Assembly: GCF_963921235.1 (NCBI RefSeq)
Contig: NC_086124.1
Location: 24,056,001 to 24,120,000 of the forward strand
From: Mobula hypostoma
Taxonomy: Eukaryota
Length of the DNA: 64,000 nt
Reading direction: 5' to 3'
Of the stretch, positions 46,095-57,214 are shown piece by piece. Position 1 is the first letter of the stretch. The number at the start of each line of letters is the position of its first letter. Both the position numbers and the translations under genes were made by a program. The notes beneath the pieces are model-generated. The model worked only from the letters and a program-made list of their open reading frames with translations, did no database searches and had not been told where the DNA came from.

Positions 46095-46340
46095 ATTCTA
46101 AAAACGCAAACACGAGAAAATCTGCAGATGCTGGAAATTCAAGCAACACACACACAAAATGCTGGTGGAACGCAGCAGTCCAGGCAGCATCTATAGGAAG
46201 AATACAGTTGACGTTTCGGGTCGAGACCCTTCGTCAGGACTAACAGGAAAAAGACATAGTAAGAGATTTGAGAGTGGGAGGGGGAGGAGGAGACCCGAAA
46301 TGATAGGAGAGGAGGGGGAGGGATGAAGGCAAGAGCCTCT
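46095..46340 (-). mobile_element. Penelope-like pLTR fragment
   Basis: Homologous to 10866-11050. Confidence 0.75.
46206..46241 (-). ncRNA. Minimal type I hammerhead motif (intact core, stem I mismatch)
   Basis: AGTC-CTGACGA-A-GGGT(CTCG)ACCC-GAAACGTC-AACT. Confidence 0.55.
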
Positions 46341-46539
46341 GATCTGGGCCGACATTTACATGCCAGACGGCAACAAATTAATTAGCTTGTTTATTTCGGC
46401 TTTTTTCTCAAAGATGTGCTGGGTGCGCTCCGGCTACCGCTGCACACCTGCATGCTTCACGGCCCGGAGGCTGGGGACCACTGCCCTAGAACTGCCCATC
46501 ACTCGCCGGGCCTCATTAGGCATTTGTCAAATCCGCACT

Positions 46540-47810
46540 TGTAGTATTGTGAGCAGTTTTATCTGAGAATAGATGTGCTTGCGTTGGCGAGGGTTCAGAG
46601 GAGGTTCACAGGAAATGATCCTGGGAACGAAAGGGTTAACATGCGGACAGCATTTCACAGGTGAAGGGCAAGTAGTGTCAAGGAAGCAGGGTGTCAGTAG
46701 AAGGACTTAGATTGGGAGAATCGGCAAAGAAGTAGCGGATGGAACAGTGTCGGGAAGTGTATTTTGGCAGAAGGAATAAAGGCGTAGATTATTTTTCTGA
46801 ATGGGAGGAAATTCAGAACTCAGAAGTGCGAAGGGACTTGGGAGTACTTATGCAGGGTTCCCTGAAGGTTAATTTGCAGCTTGAGTCGGTGCTGAGGAAG
46901 GCAAATGCAACGTGAGCATTTGTTTTGAGAGGACTAGAACATAAAAGCAAGGACGTGATACTGAGGCTTTATAAGGTACTGGTGAGCCCTCACTTGAAGT
47001 ATTATGAGCAGTTTGGGGCCTCTTATCTAAGAAAAGATGTACCGGAATTAGAGAGGGCCCAGAGGAGGTTTATGAGAATGATCCCAGGAAGGAAAGTATT
47101 AACCGAGAGACAACACAAATCCGAGGTGCAAAGGGAATTGGAGGTCCTCGAACAGGATTCCCTAAAGGTTAATTTGCAGGTTGAGTCAGGAGTAAGGAAG
47201 GCAAATGCAGTGTTACCATTCTTTTCCAAGCGACTAGCATATAAAAGTAAGGATGTAATGCTGAGGCTTCATAAGAGATTGGTCTGATGCAGATTGAGTA
47301 CTGGAGAGGGTCCGAATGAGGTTAACGAGAATGATCCTGACAATGCAAGGGTTAACATATGATGAGCATTTGATGGCTCTGGGCCTGTACTTGGTGGAGT
47401 TTAGAAGAATAATGGGGTTGGGGGGTGGGGGTGTAAATCTCATTGAATCCTATCAAATACTGAAAAGCCTAGACAGAGTGGACGTGGAGACGATGTTTCC
47501 TCTCATGGGGGAGTCTAGGACCAGAGGACACAGTCTCAGAATAGAAGGACATCCCTTTAGAACAGAGATGAGAAGGAATTCCGTTAGGTAAGTCCCTGAA
47601 TTCATTGCCACAGACTGCTCTGGAGGCTACGTCACTGGGTATATTTAAAGATGAAGTTGATAGGTTCTTGATTATTAAGGGTGTCAAAGGTTACAGGGAG
47701 AAGGCAGAAATATGGGGTTGAGAGAATAATAAGTTAGCCATGAAATGCCAAAGCAGATTCAATAGGCCAAATGGACTAATTCTGCTCCTATAATTTACAA
47801 TCTTATGGTG
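46540..47810 (+). mobile_element. Cluster of CR1 3' fragments
   Basis: Repeated LRLYKVLVSPHLKY / LVEFRR / MGESRTRGHSLRIEG motifs. Confidence 0.8.
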
Positions 47811-47893
47811 ATCAGAATGGTCCAATTGGGCTGAAGGGCCCATATCTGTATTACTCCATGACTGATGTAGGAAGGGGAGATACTGGTCCTCAC

Positions 47894-47933
47894 CAGGTTA
47901 CAGCAGGATTCTCTACGGCAAAACAATCGTAAC
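47894..47933 (-). other. Candidate 40-bp micro-exon following the beta2 exon
   Basis: ttttcaactcattcag|GTTACGATTGTTTTGCCGTAGAGAATCCTGCTGTAACCTG|gtgagg; in phase 1 with the beta2 exon it reads GYDCFAVENPAVT. Confidence 0.4.
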
Positions 47934-48059
47934 CTGAATGAGTTGAAAATGTGAACCAAATCACCCAATCATGTGGCAGCAACTCAATGCATCAAAGCAT
48001 GCAGACAAGGCCAAGAGGTCCAGTTGTTGTTCAGACCAGAATCCGGGAAGATTCCAGGA

Positions 48060-48665
48060 AGCTCAAACAGCCTCAAGGCAAAGCAGATTAAAGATAAGGT
48101 AGGGGCCAATGATCGACTCCCTTTTGCCAATTAAAGTGTCGAGGAAGATTGAATCTGAGGCAACTGCTTGCCTTTTGATTGCAGGGATGGATTTCTCTGC
48201 TGTCAGAGGAGTTTGTGTGGTGCCTTTCACTCACTGTTGTTGGAGGGCAGGCCTCTGTGTTTGAGTGGTCTCTCTCTCTCTCTCGCTGTTGGTCAGAGGA
48301 TATTACCAAGGTTCTGAATTTATGGATTGGACTATGGACTTTTTCAGTCTTATGATTTTTATATTCTGTGTTTTCCCCTGTTCTTTAACCTTATTGTTGC
48401 ATAGCATGTTTTGTTAGTTTTTTGTGCAGGGGAGGGGGTATAGGTCTGAATGTTTTTGTTAGTTTTTTATGTGAGGGAGTGGGGTTTTGGGGGGTTGATG
48501 TTCTTGTTAAGTTTTGATTTTTTTTTGTGCAGTGGAGGTGGGGGGGGTTTGATGTTTATCTTTGAATGACTTCCATGGATTTCTTTTTTTCCTGGCTATC
48601 TGGAGAAGATGAATCTCAGAGTTGAATACTGAGTACATAGTTTGATAATAAATGAACCTTTTATT
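48060..48665 (+). mobile_element. LINE 3'-UTR-type interspersed repeat
   Basis: Terminal gaatctcagagttg...tttgataataaatgaacctt shared with 1-215. Confidence 0.45.
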
Positions 48666-48679
48666 GAATGATTGCTAAT

Positions 48680-49050
48680 GCATGACGGGGTGGTTTGAGT
48701 ATCTCAGAAATTGTTGAGTTCCCGGGATTTTCAGGCACAAGTCTCTGGAGTTTAAAGTGAACAGTGTGAAAAACAAAAAAAAATCATCTACTGAGTGGCA
48801 GTTGTGGGCGAAAGTGCCTTGTTAGTGTGATTTCAGAGGAGAATGGCCAGACTGGTTCCAGCTAACAGGAACGCAATAGTAACTCAAAGAACCGCCTGTT
48901 ACAATGGTAGTGTGCAGAAGAGCGTCAGTGAACGCAAACATTTCGAACCTTGAAGTGGATGAGCTGCAGCAGCATAAGACCACGACCTTACACTCAATGG
49001 TCACTTTATTATGTTGAGGAGGTGCCTAATAAAGTGGCCACTGAGTGTAT
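48680..49050 (+). mobile_element. Tc1-derived non-autonomous element fragment with TIR
   Basis: Ends cctaataaagtggccactgagtgta; same family as 50174-50644. Confidence 0.7.
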
Positions 49051-49128
49051 AATATAGTGTTTGACAGAGTGTGAACCAGATCGTCACCAGTACACTGGAC
49101 CCCAAATTATTCAGACTCTGAGCCTTAC

Positions 49129-49410
49129 CCCAAACTGCATGCAGCTTGTCAGGGACGCTCAAATGCTTGATTTCACAAGTGTAAGTGTCACCCTTCCTGG
49201 GGTCAATTTCGACCTGTCGGCTGACTTGGAACGTCCCATCCTGGTTGGGTAAAATTTTCGTCATTAGCACTTCCCGATCGATCACCACACCATTCCGCAG
49301 CCACGTTGCGTGGATTTTCTTGGGATAAGATCCATGCACTTGGCATGTCAGGGCCAAGGTATTCTCTCTGTTCCTCAGGTGTCTTGAGGTTATTGTGATC
49401 ATCGGCTTCG
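49129..49410 (-). CDS. MHC W-category-like beta2 / class-I-alpha3-like C1-set Ig exon (intact)
   Basis: Acceptor ctgtccactgcag|CG at 49410 and donor G|gtaagg at 49129. 282 bp, phase 1-1, open: AKPMITITSRHLRNRENTLALTCQVHGSYPKKIHATWLRNGVVIDREVLMTKILPNQDGTFQVSRQVEIDPRKGDTYTCEIKHLSVPDKLHAVW. It carries the class I alpha3 motif PNxDGTFQ (class II beta2 has NGDWTFQ). Confidence 0.88.
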
Positions 49411-49545
49411 CTGCAGTGGACAGAAACACATTGAAGCTGAACTTGGTTACAGGATCAGAAAAAGTAAAGAGCAACAGAATTTCAAAGTTCAAAGTATGTT
49501 TATTATTAAAGCATGTGTACATTATACATTATGTGATAAGACTCC

Positions 49546-49785
49546 TGAACGGATCCTGACCCGGATCTGGGCCATACCCTCCAAATACCCGGACCTGCCT
49601 CTCGGTTTTTTTGCACTACCTTACTTTCCATTTTTCTATTTTCGACTTATGATTTCTAATTTAAATTTTTAATATTTACTATCGATTTGTAATCCAGGGA
49701 GCGGGAAGTGCAGAATCAAATATCACCGTGATGATTGTACATTCTAGTATCAATTGTTTGGCGACAATAAAGTATAAGGTATACA
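49546..49785 (+). mobile_element. Rex1/Babar 3' UTR fragment
   Basis: Near-identical to 38270-38500. Confidence 0.8.
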
Positions 49786-49896
49786 ACCTTGAGATTCCAC
49801 CATGACGGAATGGTGGAACAGACACAATGGGTCGAATGGCCTAATTCTGTTCCTATGTTTATTCACCTCCTTAGATGCTGCCTGGCCTGCAGAATT

Positions 49897-49923
49897 TGTG
49901 TGTGTGTGTGTGTGTGTGTGTGT
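49897..49923. repeat. (GT)n microsatellite
   Basis: About 13 perfect units. Confidence 0.95.
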
Positions 49924-50173
49924 GGCAATCCGGAACTGCTTTGGATTGCCACCATCTGCAGAATCTTTTGTGTTTAGAAACTGTCCCCGGTCATCTGCCT
50001 CTGACCAGGGGTATGGTTCTTTCAGTCACTCCCAAGTCACATGAAAGTTCCAAGAACTGTCGGTAACCCAAAGTTTCTGTAAGGTGGAAATACTTAGAAA
50101 TGAATATTTGCATGGTGAGGTTAATTAGCTACAGGTTAGTGCATATCAGAATCAGATCTGATAACAATGACAT

Positions 50174-50644
50174 AGACTCAGTGTCCACTTTATTAGGTAC
50201 GCCTGCTCGTTAATATAAACCTCTAATCAGCCGATCATGTGCCAGCAACTCAATGCATAAAAGCATGTAGACATGGTCAAGAGGTTCAGTTGTTGTTCAG
50301 ACCAAACATCAGAATGGGGAAGAAATGCAATCTAATTAACTTTGACCATGGACCAGATGGGGTTGTCTGAGTATCTCAGAATCTGCTGATCTCCTGGGAT
50401 TTTCATACACAACAGTCTCTGGAGTTCACAGAGAACGTTGTGACAAAGAAAAAACATCCAATGAGCGGCAGTTTTGTGGGTGAAAGCACCTTGTTAATGA
50501 GAGAGGTCAGAGGAGGATGGCCAGACTGGTTCAATCTGACAGGACGAGGACAATAACTCAAATCACCATGTGTTACAGCAGTGGTGTGCAGAAGAGCATC
50601 TCTGAATGTGCAACATGTGAAACCTCAAAGTGAATGAGCTGCAG
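50174..50644 (+). mobile_element. Tc1-derived non-autonomous element
   Basis: Left TIR actcagtgtccactttattagg; body matches 4285-4695. Confidence 0.75.
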
Positions 50645-52341
50645 CAGTGATTTCCAAGGTGGGGGATGCGGTATCGCTCCCCAAGGAGGCAGTTTGAGGT
50701 TCTAAGGAGGTGTTACGGGAAATAGATGTCATCGGGGCAGAGTGGCACCCTTACTTGAGGCTCGAGACCTGGCCAACCGTTAGTAGAGTAGGCACTTCCG
50801 ACAAAAAGAATGAGGCACTGGAACACACAGGAAGAACCACAGCTCAGCGGGCGGTGAGCACTTGTCATCACATCAAGTCTGAAATTTGACAATCTCGTCC
50901 AACCTTACCAAGCAAACAGACATTATTGGGGATGCATAAATTGGCAAACAGGGTGTCCAACAATTACCCTTGGCTTGCAGCACGGAACGAGTTCATGCAA
51001 TTTAACAGTTGATAAGTCAAGTACACCCTCTCAACCTTCGCAACAGACCGAGGGAAAACAGGTCGCGCAACGATACAGCGCTGGTCGGAACCAAAGGGTG
51101 AAATAGAGTCAATCAGTGAACCTGTCAACTCTGAGGAATCCTCTTGAGGTGTTCAAAGTGACCTCGGCTTCATATGTGCGGTCAAGAACCATCTTTGGGG
51201 ATTACGAGACCTTACTTGATTGGTCAATTGTGCTAACTGGAAATAGTAAGAAGATAGCTTCCCAAACACAAGCTCTGTCATGACTAACATTTGATTCCAA
51301 TCTGAATCCTTGTCAATGTAATTTTTGTAGTTGTGATCGTCTTCACCTTTGCCTCGCTGTTCCTTTGCGTGCTGCTGCCACCTTTCCATCCGTGTCAACT
51401 CACTGCCGTCAACATCCGATAGGCATTCCTGGTGGTGTTAATTTATTATTTTAATTTAGCTCCGTTAACGATGGGTAAGTATTGTTCCATACCCCGTAAC
51501 TGGGTTGCCAAACCGGCAGAAATGGATCACTCAGTTGGAGTCTGGATTACTAGAACTAAGAAAGTTTTATTAAAGAAACAAGCAACACAGTACTCTAATC
51601 AAAAGGATAATGAATGCAACAGTTCAGCAATGATAAACATACATGTACACAGAATTAGGATAACAGGATCAATCAAGCTCTATCGTTGTCTAGGGGTAAA
51701 TGATTAGTTTCAAGGTGACGCAAAGTTCAGTTCAATTTAGTTCAGTTCAGTTCGCAGTAATCGCTGCCGTGGCGATGGACAGTGGGGGGGAAGGAGAGAG
51801 AGAGCAAAATGAATGAATATTCAAAACGGCTTCCACACAGACCTTCGCAGTCAGCTTTCGGGCGAGTCCTTTGTGATGTCATCTGAGGTCACCGACCGTG
51901 ACCCCTCCGTTTCCAGATATGAATCGTTTCTCTGCGGTAAACCTGGCACCCAGGCAAGGGTGGACACACACCAGGTTCCCGCCGATCGTGCCTTTCCACC
52001 CTGTGCGTCTATGGCTCAGTACTTCCCACCGACTTGTGAGAGACGCACCGCTTCCAGGGTCTTGTTACCTCGGGTGTCGTGTGTGTGTCGCCTTAGCGAA
52101 CCTGTCGCTTTTTATCCCCCTGCTGGGGTATCGCCTGTCCATCACTTCAAACAGTTCAGGGTTCAAAGGGGGAGCCAATCTTGACATCTCTCCTTCCCCT
52201 TCATTAACATCTCCAAATGCTGCTCCATTGTTTTCCTTATCTCTCTCTCTCTCTCCTGAAGACAGGTGGCAGACCAACTGTTGATCCCACTGGTGCCAGC
52301 ACAGGACAGCTACATCTTAATCTATGTGTATTCTTGTCACA

Positions 52342-52354
52342 CTTCCCCCCTTTA
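52342..52354 (-). other. Polypurine tract of the LTR element
   Basis: taaagggggggaag-like purine run immediately before the TGTGACA start of the 3' LTR. Confidence 0.8.
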
Positions 52355-53305
52355 AGGATTTTTACCGGGGGGTAAAAATTACAAACATGAATACATTATT
52401 TGATACACACAAATATACATCTTCATCAGCTATTTGGCTAATACAGTGAGTTTGAAGTTGTCAACACCTGACAGACAGTCATCCATCACATTTTCTGTTC
52501 CTTTTATATGTGTTATTAATAATCCCTTAGACCAGGCTCCAACTTAGCAAACTTCATAGTGGCCAAAAACACTGATGAATTGCGACCAATGTAACCTCTC
52601 ACTGGGTTTCGTCCCGGACCACAATAACAAGGGTCGTCCCATTGCGACTTAGTTTTCTCTCGCCAGGGCTTAGTAGGAGGGGGAGGGGTAGTGACCGCAG
52701 AGTTATTGCAAAACTTCCTACAGTACCCCACCATCTCCAAGAGCCTTCTGAGGGCCCTCTTGTCTGTCGGGGTTGGGATGTCAGAGATAGCCTGCACTGT
52801 AGCTTGCATCGCTGCCAGCTGCCCCTGTGTCACCCCAATTCCCAGGTAAGTGACCTTCGCGTGGCCGAACTCGTATTTTTCAAGGTTCACTATCAAGCTG
52901 GCTTCAGACAGCCGTATTACATCGCCAATACACACCCCTGTGTTCGTCAGCCCTTTAGTCACCGAATTACTCATTCTATAGGAATGTTGTTTGCTAGGCT
53001 GACCTAGTGAAACAGACACCACCCAACGTCCCAGTTCTTTGCATCACCTCGGGACAATCAAACACACGTGTGCAAGTCATTTAATTACTTCTCCTAAAGA
53101 GTCGCTTTGTTCGGGGATTAAGGGAGAGACCTTATCAGCAGAGCTGGCCAAAACAATAGCCTTCTCCCATCTGGTCGATACCATACTCATCTTTTCAAAA
53201 TGTTTTTTTTTCTCTTATCAGGGGGACCCTAGCTTCATTGATTTCCGCGCTAACACCGACTAGGTTTGTTAGCATATCAAAAGCCTGTGACCGTCTCAGT
53301 TCGCG

Positions 53306-55445
53306 TCAGCCATAATCAATAACATCCTTCCTCTTGTGCAGCCGGTAAACCTCTTCCATGATTCCATCAACTGTTTCCTCCAGCACCGCAAAATGTCCAC
53401 CGGGGGGTACCTTGTGGGCCAGGTTAAAAATCTCATCCCCATAAGTCTTTTGCACCACCCCCAACTCCTCATCTGCGGATACTGTCCTTGATTTCCCTTT
53501 CTTCCTTAGCACTTCCTCATCCGCACAATAGCCTACTAGTTCCCTTGTTAATTCTGTGTCAGAGAGAGCTGTCTCTGCAAAAACCATCAGCCCCTCATCT
53601 CGCTCCTGCATCTGCACAAATTCTTTCCTGGCTACTGCTACCTCCGTCCCAGCTCCCTCACTACCTCTTGTCTCCCTACACTCCTTCTTTTCACTTTCTA
53701 CCCCCTTCTCGTACAAGGCTGGCAGAAACGTCTCAGCTAAATTTACTACCGCGGTCCCGTGATGAACCTGTGAGTCCATGGGCGGGGCCTCAATGCTGGC
53801 AGGCTGACCTGTCAATCTCACTGCTGGGAACACGATTCCCCCAGCGAGGTCATTACCGAGCAAGACTTCCACGCCTTTCATCGGTAATTCGGACCTCACC
53901 CCGATCGTGACTAGTCCAGAGACCAGGTTGCTTTGTAAGTGTAGCTGGTGCAAAGGGACGGCCTCTGTCCCTCCCCCAATACCTTTGACCTTGACCTCCC
54001 CAGTCTGGGTCTCTGAGCTAAACTCTAATACACTCTTCAGTATTAGTGACTGACACGCTCCCGTGTCTCTCCAGATCCGCACTGGAACTGGTTTTAACCC
54101 CTCCTTCACCAACACCAATCTGACCGAGATAAACCTCTCGCGCCCTTCCTGAACTTTGGCAGACCTTTCCTTCCCTAGCGGTTCGTTTACCAGCTCGATA
54201 CAGCCAGTCAAAATCGCCGTTTTTCCTTTTCCCGTCTCCTTCTTTGGGGCAAAGCACCTGGACGCAAAGTGTCCGACTTTCCCACAATTATAACAGACGA
54301 CCCCAGGAGACTTCCTACCAGACTGCTCCCGGTCTACCTTATCCTTCTCACTAGTCCCTGGCTTACTTTCTTACTTTTCTGGCGGACTCTCCCTGCCGTC
54401 CTGACTACCCTTCTGGTAGCCTTTACTCGGGGCAAACTTCATTTTATGCGTCAACGCATACTCATCCGCTAACTTAGCAGTTGCGGCTAACGTGGCTGCC
54501 TCTTTCTCATCGAGGTAGGGTCTCATACCCTCAGGGACACAACCTTTAAACTGCTCAATCAGGATCAGCTGTAGCAGTCTGTCATAATCCCCCTCTACCC
54601 CCTTCGAGGCGCACCAACGTTCACAATATGTCTGCATCTCATGGGCAAACTCTAAATACGTGCGGTCCCACTGCTTCCTCGCATTCCAGAACCTCTGCCG
54701 GTATACCTCCGGGACCAACTCATAAATCCTGAGGATGGCCTCTTTCACCACCTCGTACCTCCGGGCATCTTCCATGGACAAAGCTGAGTAAGCTTGTTGG
54801 GCTTTCCCTATTAGTACACTCTGAAACAAAACAGCCCACTTATCCCTCGGCCAGTCCTGACGTAGCAACTTTTTCGAAATGGAGAAAGTACTGATCCACG
54901 TCAGTATCATCAAATGGGGGAACCAGCCTAACCTCCTGGGTCGCCCAGAACCCTCCACCTTGGTTCAGCACAGGCCCCTGCTCTGCCCTTATCCTTAACT
55001 TCTCCAGCTTGAATTCCCTTTCCCTCTGTTTCTCCAACTGCCTCTCTTCTCGCTCCAACTGCCTCTCTCTCTCTTACCTTTCTAACTCCCTCTCTTTCCT
55101 TTCTAACTCTCTCTCGTTCTCTTCTCGCTCCAACTGTCTGTCCCTCTCTTTCTCTTCTCGCTCCAACTGCCTTACCCGGAACTCGTGCTCGAGTCTCAGT
55201 TTTTCAAGCTGCACCAGTACCGCGTCTCCAGCAGGTTTTTCAATAGACACCACCTCCAGCTCGCCTTGGGGAAACACACCTTTAGATACATAGTGCTCTA
55301 CGACAGCTCTGTGTATCTCCTCTCTCCTCATTGTCGACTTCCCCTTAGCAAGATTCAACCATTTGGCCACAGCTTCCAATTCCGATTTCCTGGCATCCTC
55401 TAATGCCTCCAAGGTCGGCGCCTTTATAAATTCCTCAGCCTCCAT
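53306..55445 (-). pseudogene. Gag (SCAN-like, CCHC) plus protease of the Gmr1-like element, frameshifted
   Basis: ORF pieces 55074-55445, 54840-55058, 54371-54958 and 53306-54211: WAVLFQSVLIGKAQQAY, EQFKGCVP, CYNCGKVGHFASRC, IWRDTGACQSLI. Confidence 0.85.
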
Positions 55446-55522
55446 TTCTGCTGTTTGTCTTTTCTTTCTTTCGGGAATTTTGACCCAATCAATTTACTCC
55501 GTCCCAAATTTAGTGTTCAAAA

Positions 55523-55540
55523 TCACGGACGGGAACCCCA
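55523..55540 (-). other. Primer-binding site, degenerate tRNA-Pro type
   Basis: TGGGGTTCCCGTCCGTGA, 4 nt after the 5' LTR; compare the tRNA-Pro PBS TGGGGGCTCGTCCGGGAT. Confidence 0.65.
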
Positions 55541-57214
55541 CTTATGTTACGTACCCCGTAACTGGGTTGCCAAACCAACAGAAATGGATCACTCAGTTGG
55601 AGTCTGGATTACTAGAACTAAGAAAGTTTTATTAAAGAAAAAAGCAACACAGTACTCTAATCAAAAGGATAATGAATGCAACAGTTCAGCAATGATAAAC
55701 ATACATGTACACAGAGTTAAGATAACAGGATCAATCATGCTCTATCGTTGTCTAGGGGTAAATGACCAGTTTCAAAGTGACGCAAAGTTCAGTTCAATTT
55801 AGTTCAGTTCAGTTCGCAGTAATCGCTGCCGTGGCGATGGACTGTGGGGGGAAGGAGAGAGAGAGAGCAAAATGAATGAATATTCAAGGCTTCCACACAG
55901 ACCTTCGCAGTCAGCTTTCGGGCGAGTCTTTTGTGATGTCATCTGAGGTCACCGACCGTGACCCCTCCGTTTCCAGATACGATCATTTCCCTGCGGTGAA
56001 CCTGGCACCCAGGCAAGGGTGGACACACACCAGGTTCCCGCCGATCGTGCCTTTCCACCCTGTGCGTCTATGGCCCGGTACTTCCCACTGACTTGTGAGA
56101 GACGCACCGCTTCCAGGGTCTTGTTACCTCGGGTGTCGTGTGTGTGTCGCCTTAGCGAACCTGTCCCTTTTTAACCCCCTGCTGGGGTATCGCCTGTCCA
56201 TCACTTCAAACAGTTCAGGGTTCAAAGGGGGAGCTGATCTTGACAGCTCTCCTTCCCCTTCATTAACATCTCCAAATGCTGCTCCATTGTTTTCCTTATC
56301 TCTCTCTCTCTCCTGAAGACAGGTGGCAGACCAACTGCTGATCCCACTGGTGCCAGCACAGGACAGCTACATCTTAATCTATTTGTATTCTTGTCACAGT
56401 ATGTACGGTGTGATCTCTACAAGTTTGAAGGCAGTGAAGCCTTGAATTATAATCCTGCTAAGAAACAGAAACTATACAAAGTGTGTCAATACAAAGTTAC
56501 ATACCTGGAGTATGGTTTTATTCCATCCCATTAGATCAGCAGCGCCCCATGTTTCCTATTTGTAATACCTCAACTCGTGACTTTTTTCAAGCATGACTCT
56601 TGTAATATCTGCTATCAACAAAATTAAAGCTCATCCATTAAATAGCAGAATATTTCACCATTTATGCCAAGATAACAATGCAGAGATTGAACGCTTGCTT
56701 CTTCACACTGAAGTGTGTTGGCTGTCAAAAGGCTGCTACTTAAAACATTTCTTTGATATTTATGACACTGGTGGAAGTCAACAAGATTGAACTTCTATAT
56801 GGAGATGTGGCAAACAAAGCCAATCTGTATGACAAACTGAACATTCTAAATATGAAACTGCAGGGTGAAAACTTCAATTTAATCCAGGCAAAAAGTGCAG
56901 TGTCCACTTTTATCAGAAAATTGGAAATATGTAAACAAAACATTGGGAGAAGAATGTTCTCAGTTTCCCTGCATGGAAAGTATGGCACTCTCTTTCACAG
57001 ATAGTGATTTGCAAGAGTGCTCCTTACACCTGCAGGCACCAAAGAAAGATTTTCAGAATTGATTCAAGGATTTGAATGATCCAGAAATTTCAGACTGGGT
57101 AATTAGCCCATTCCTTTTCAAGGTGGAAGAACAGAAAGGGAGCTTGCAAGAAGAAATTATCAAAATTCAGAATAAGGGAGAAGAAAAAATGCTTATTTAA
57201 AAATGTCGACTTTT

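Larger units (their letters stand above)
51483..56398 (-). mobile_element. Gmr1-like gypsy LTR retrotransposon, internally deleted
   Basis: LTRs 55545-56398 and 51483-52341 (TG...CA, roughly 95-97% identical by eye); perfect TSD GTAT/GTAT. Gag with SCAN-like region and CCHC knuckle; protease RDTGA; only fragments of integrase and RT. Confidence 0.92.
50645..57205 (+). mobile_element. Second copy of the Charlie/Buster hAT family (internally deleted), split by the LTR element and ending at the L1 5' end
   Basis: Left TIR cagtgatttccaa. 50645-51482 is homologous to 31756-32970; 56403-57205 carries YLEYGFIP, HPLNSRIF, LLLHTEVCWLSKG. Confidence 0.85.

Noticed and set aside
49925-50095. Possible beta1 start upstream of the beta2 exon (ETLGYRQFLELSCDLG)
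   Set aside because: It stops after 28 codons, shows no YN/FD/WN-like motifs in any frame, and runs into a microsatellite.
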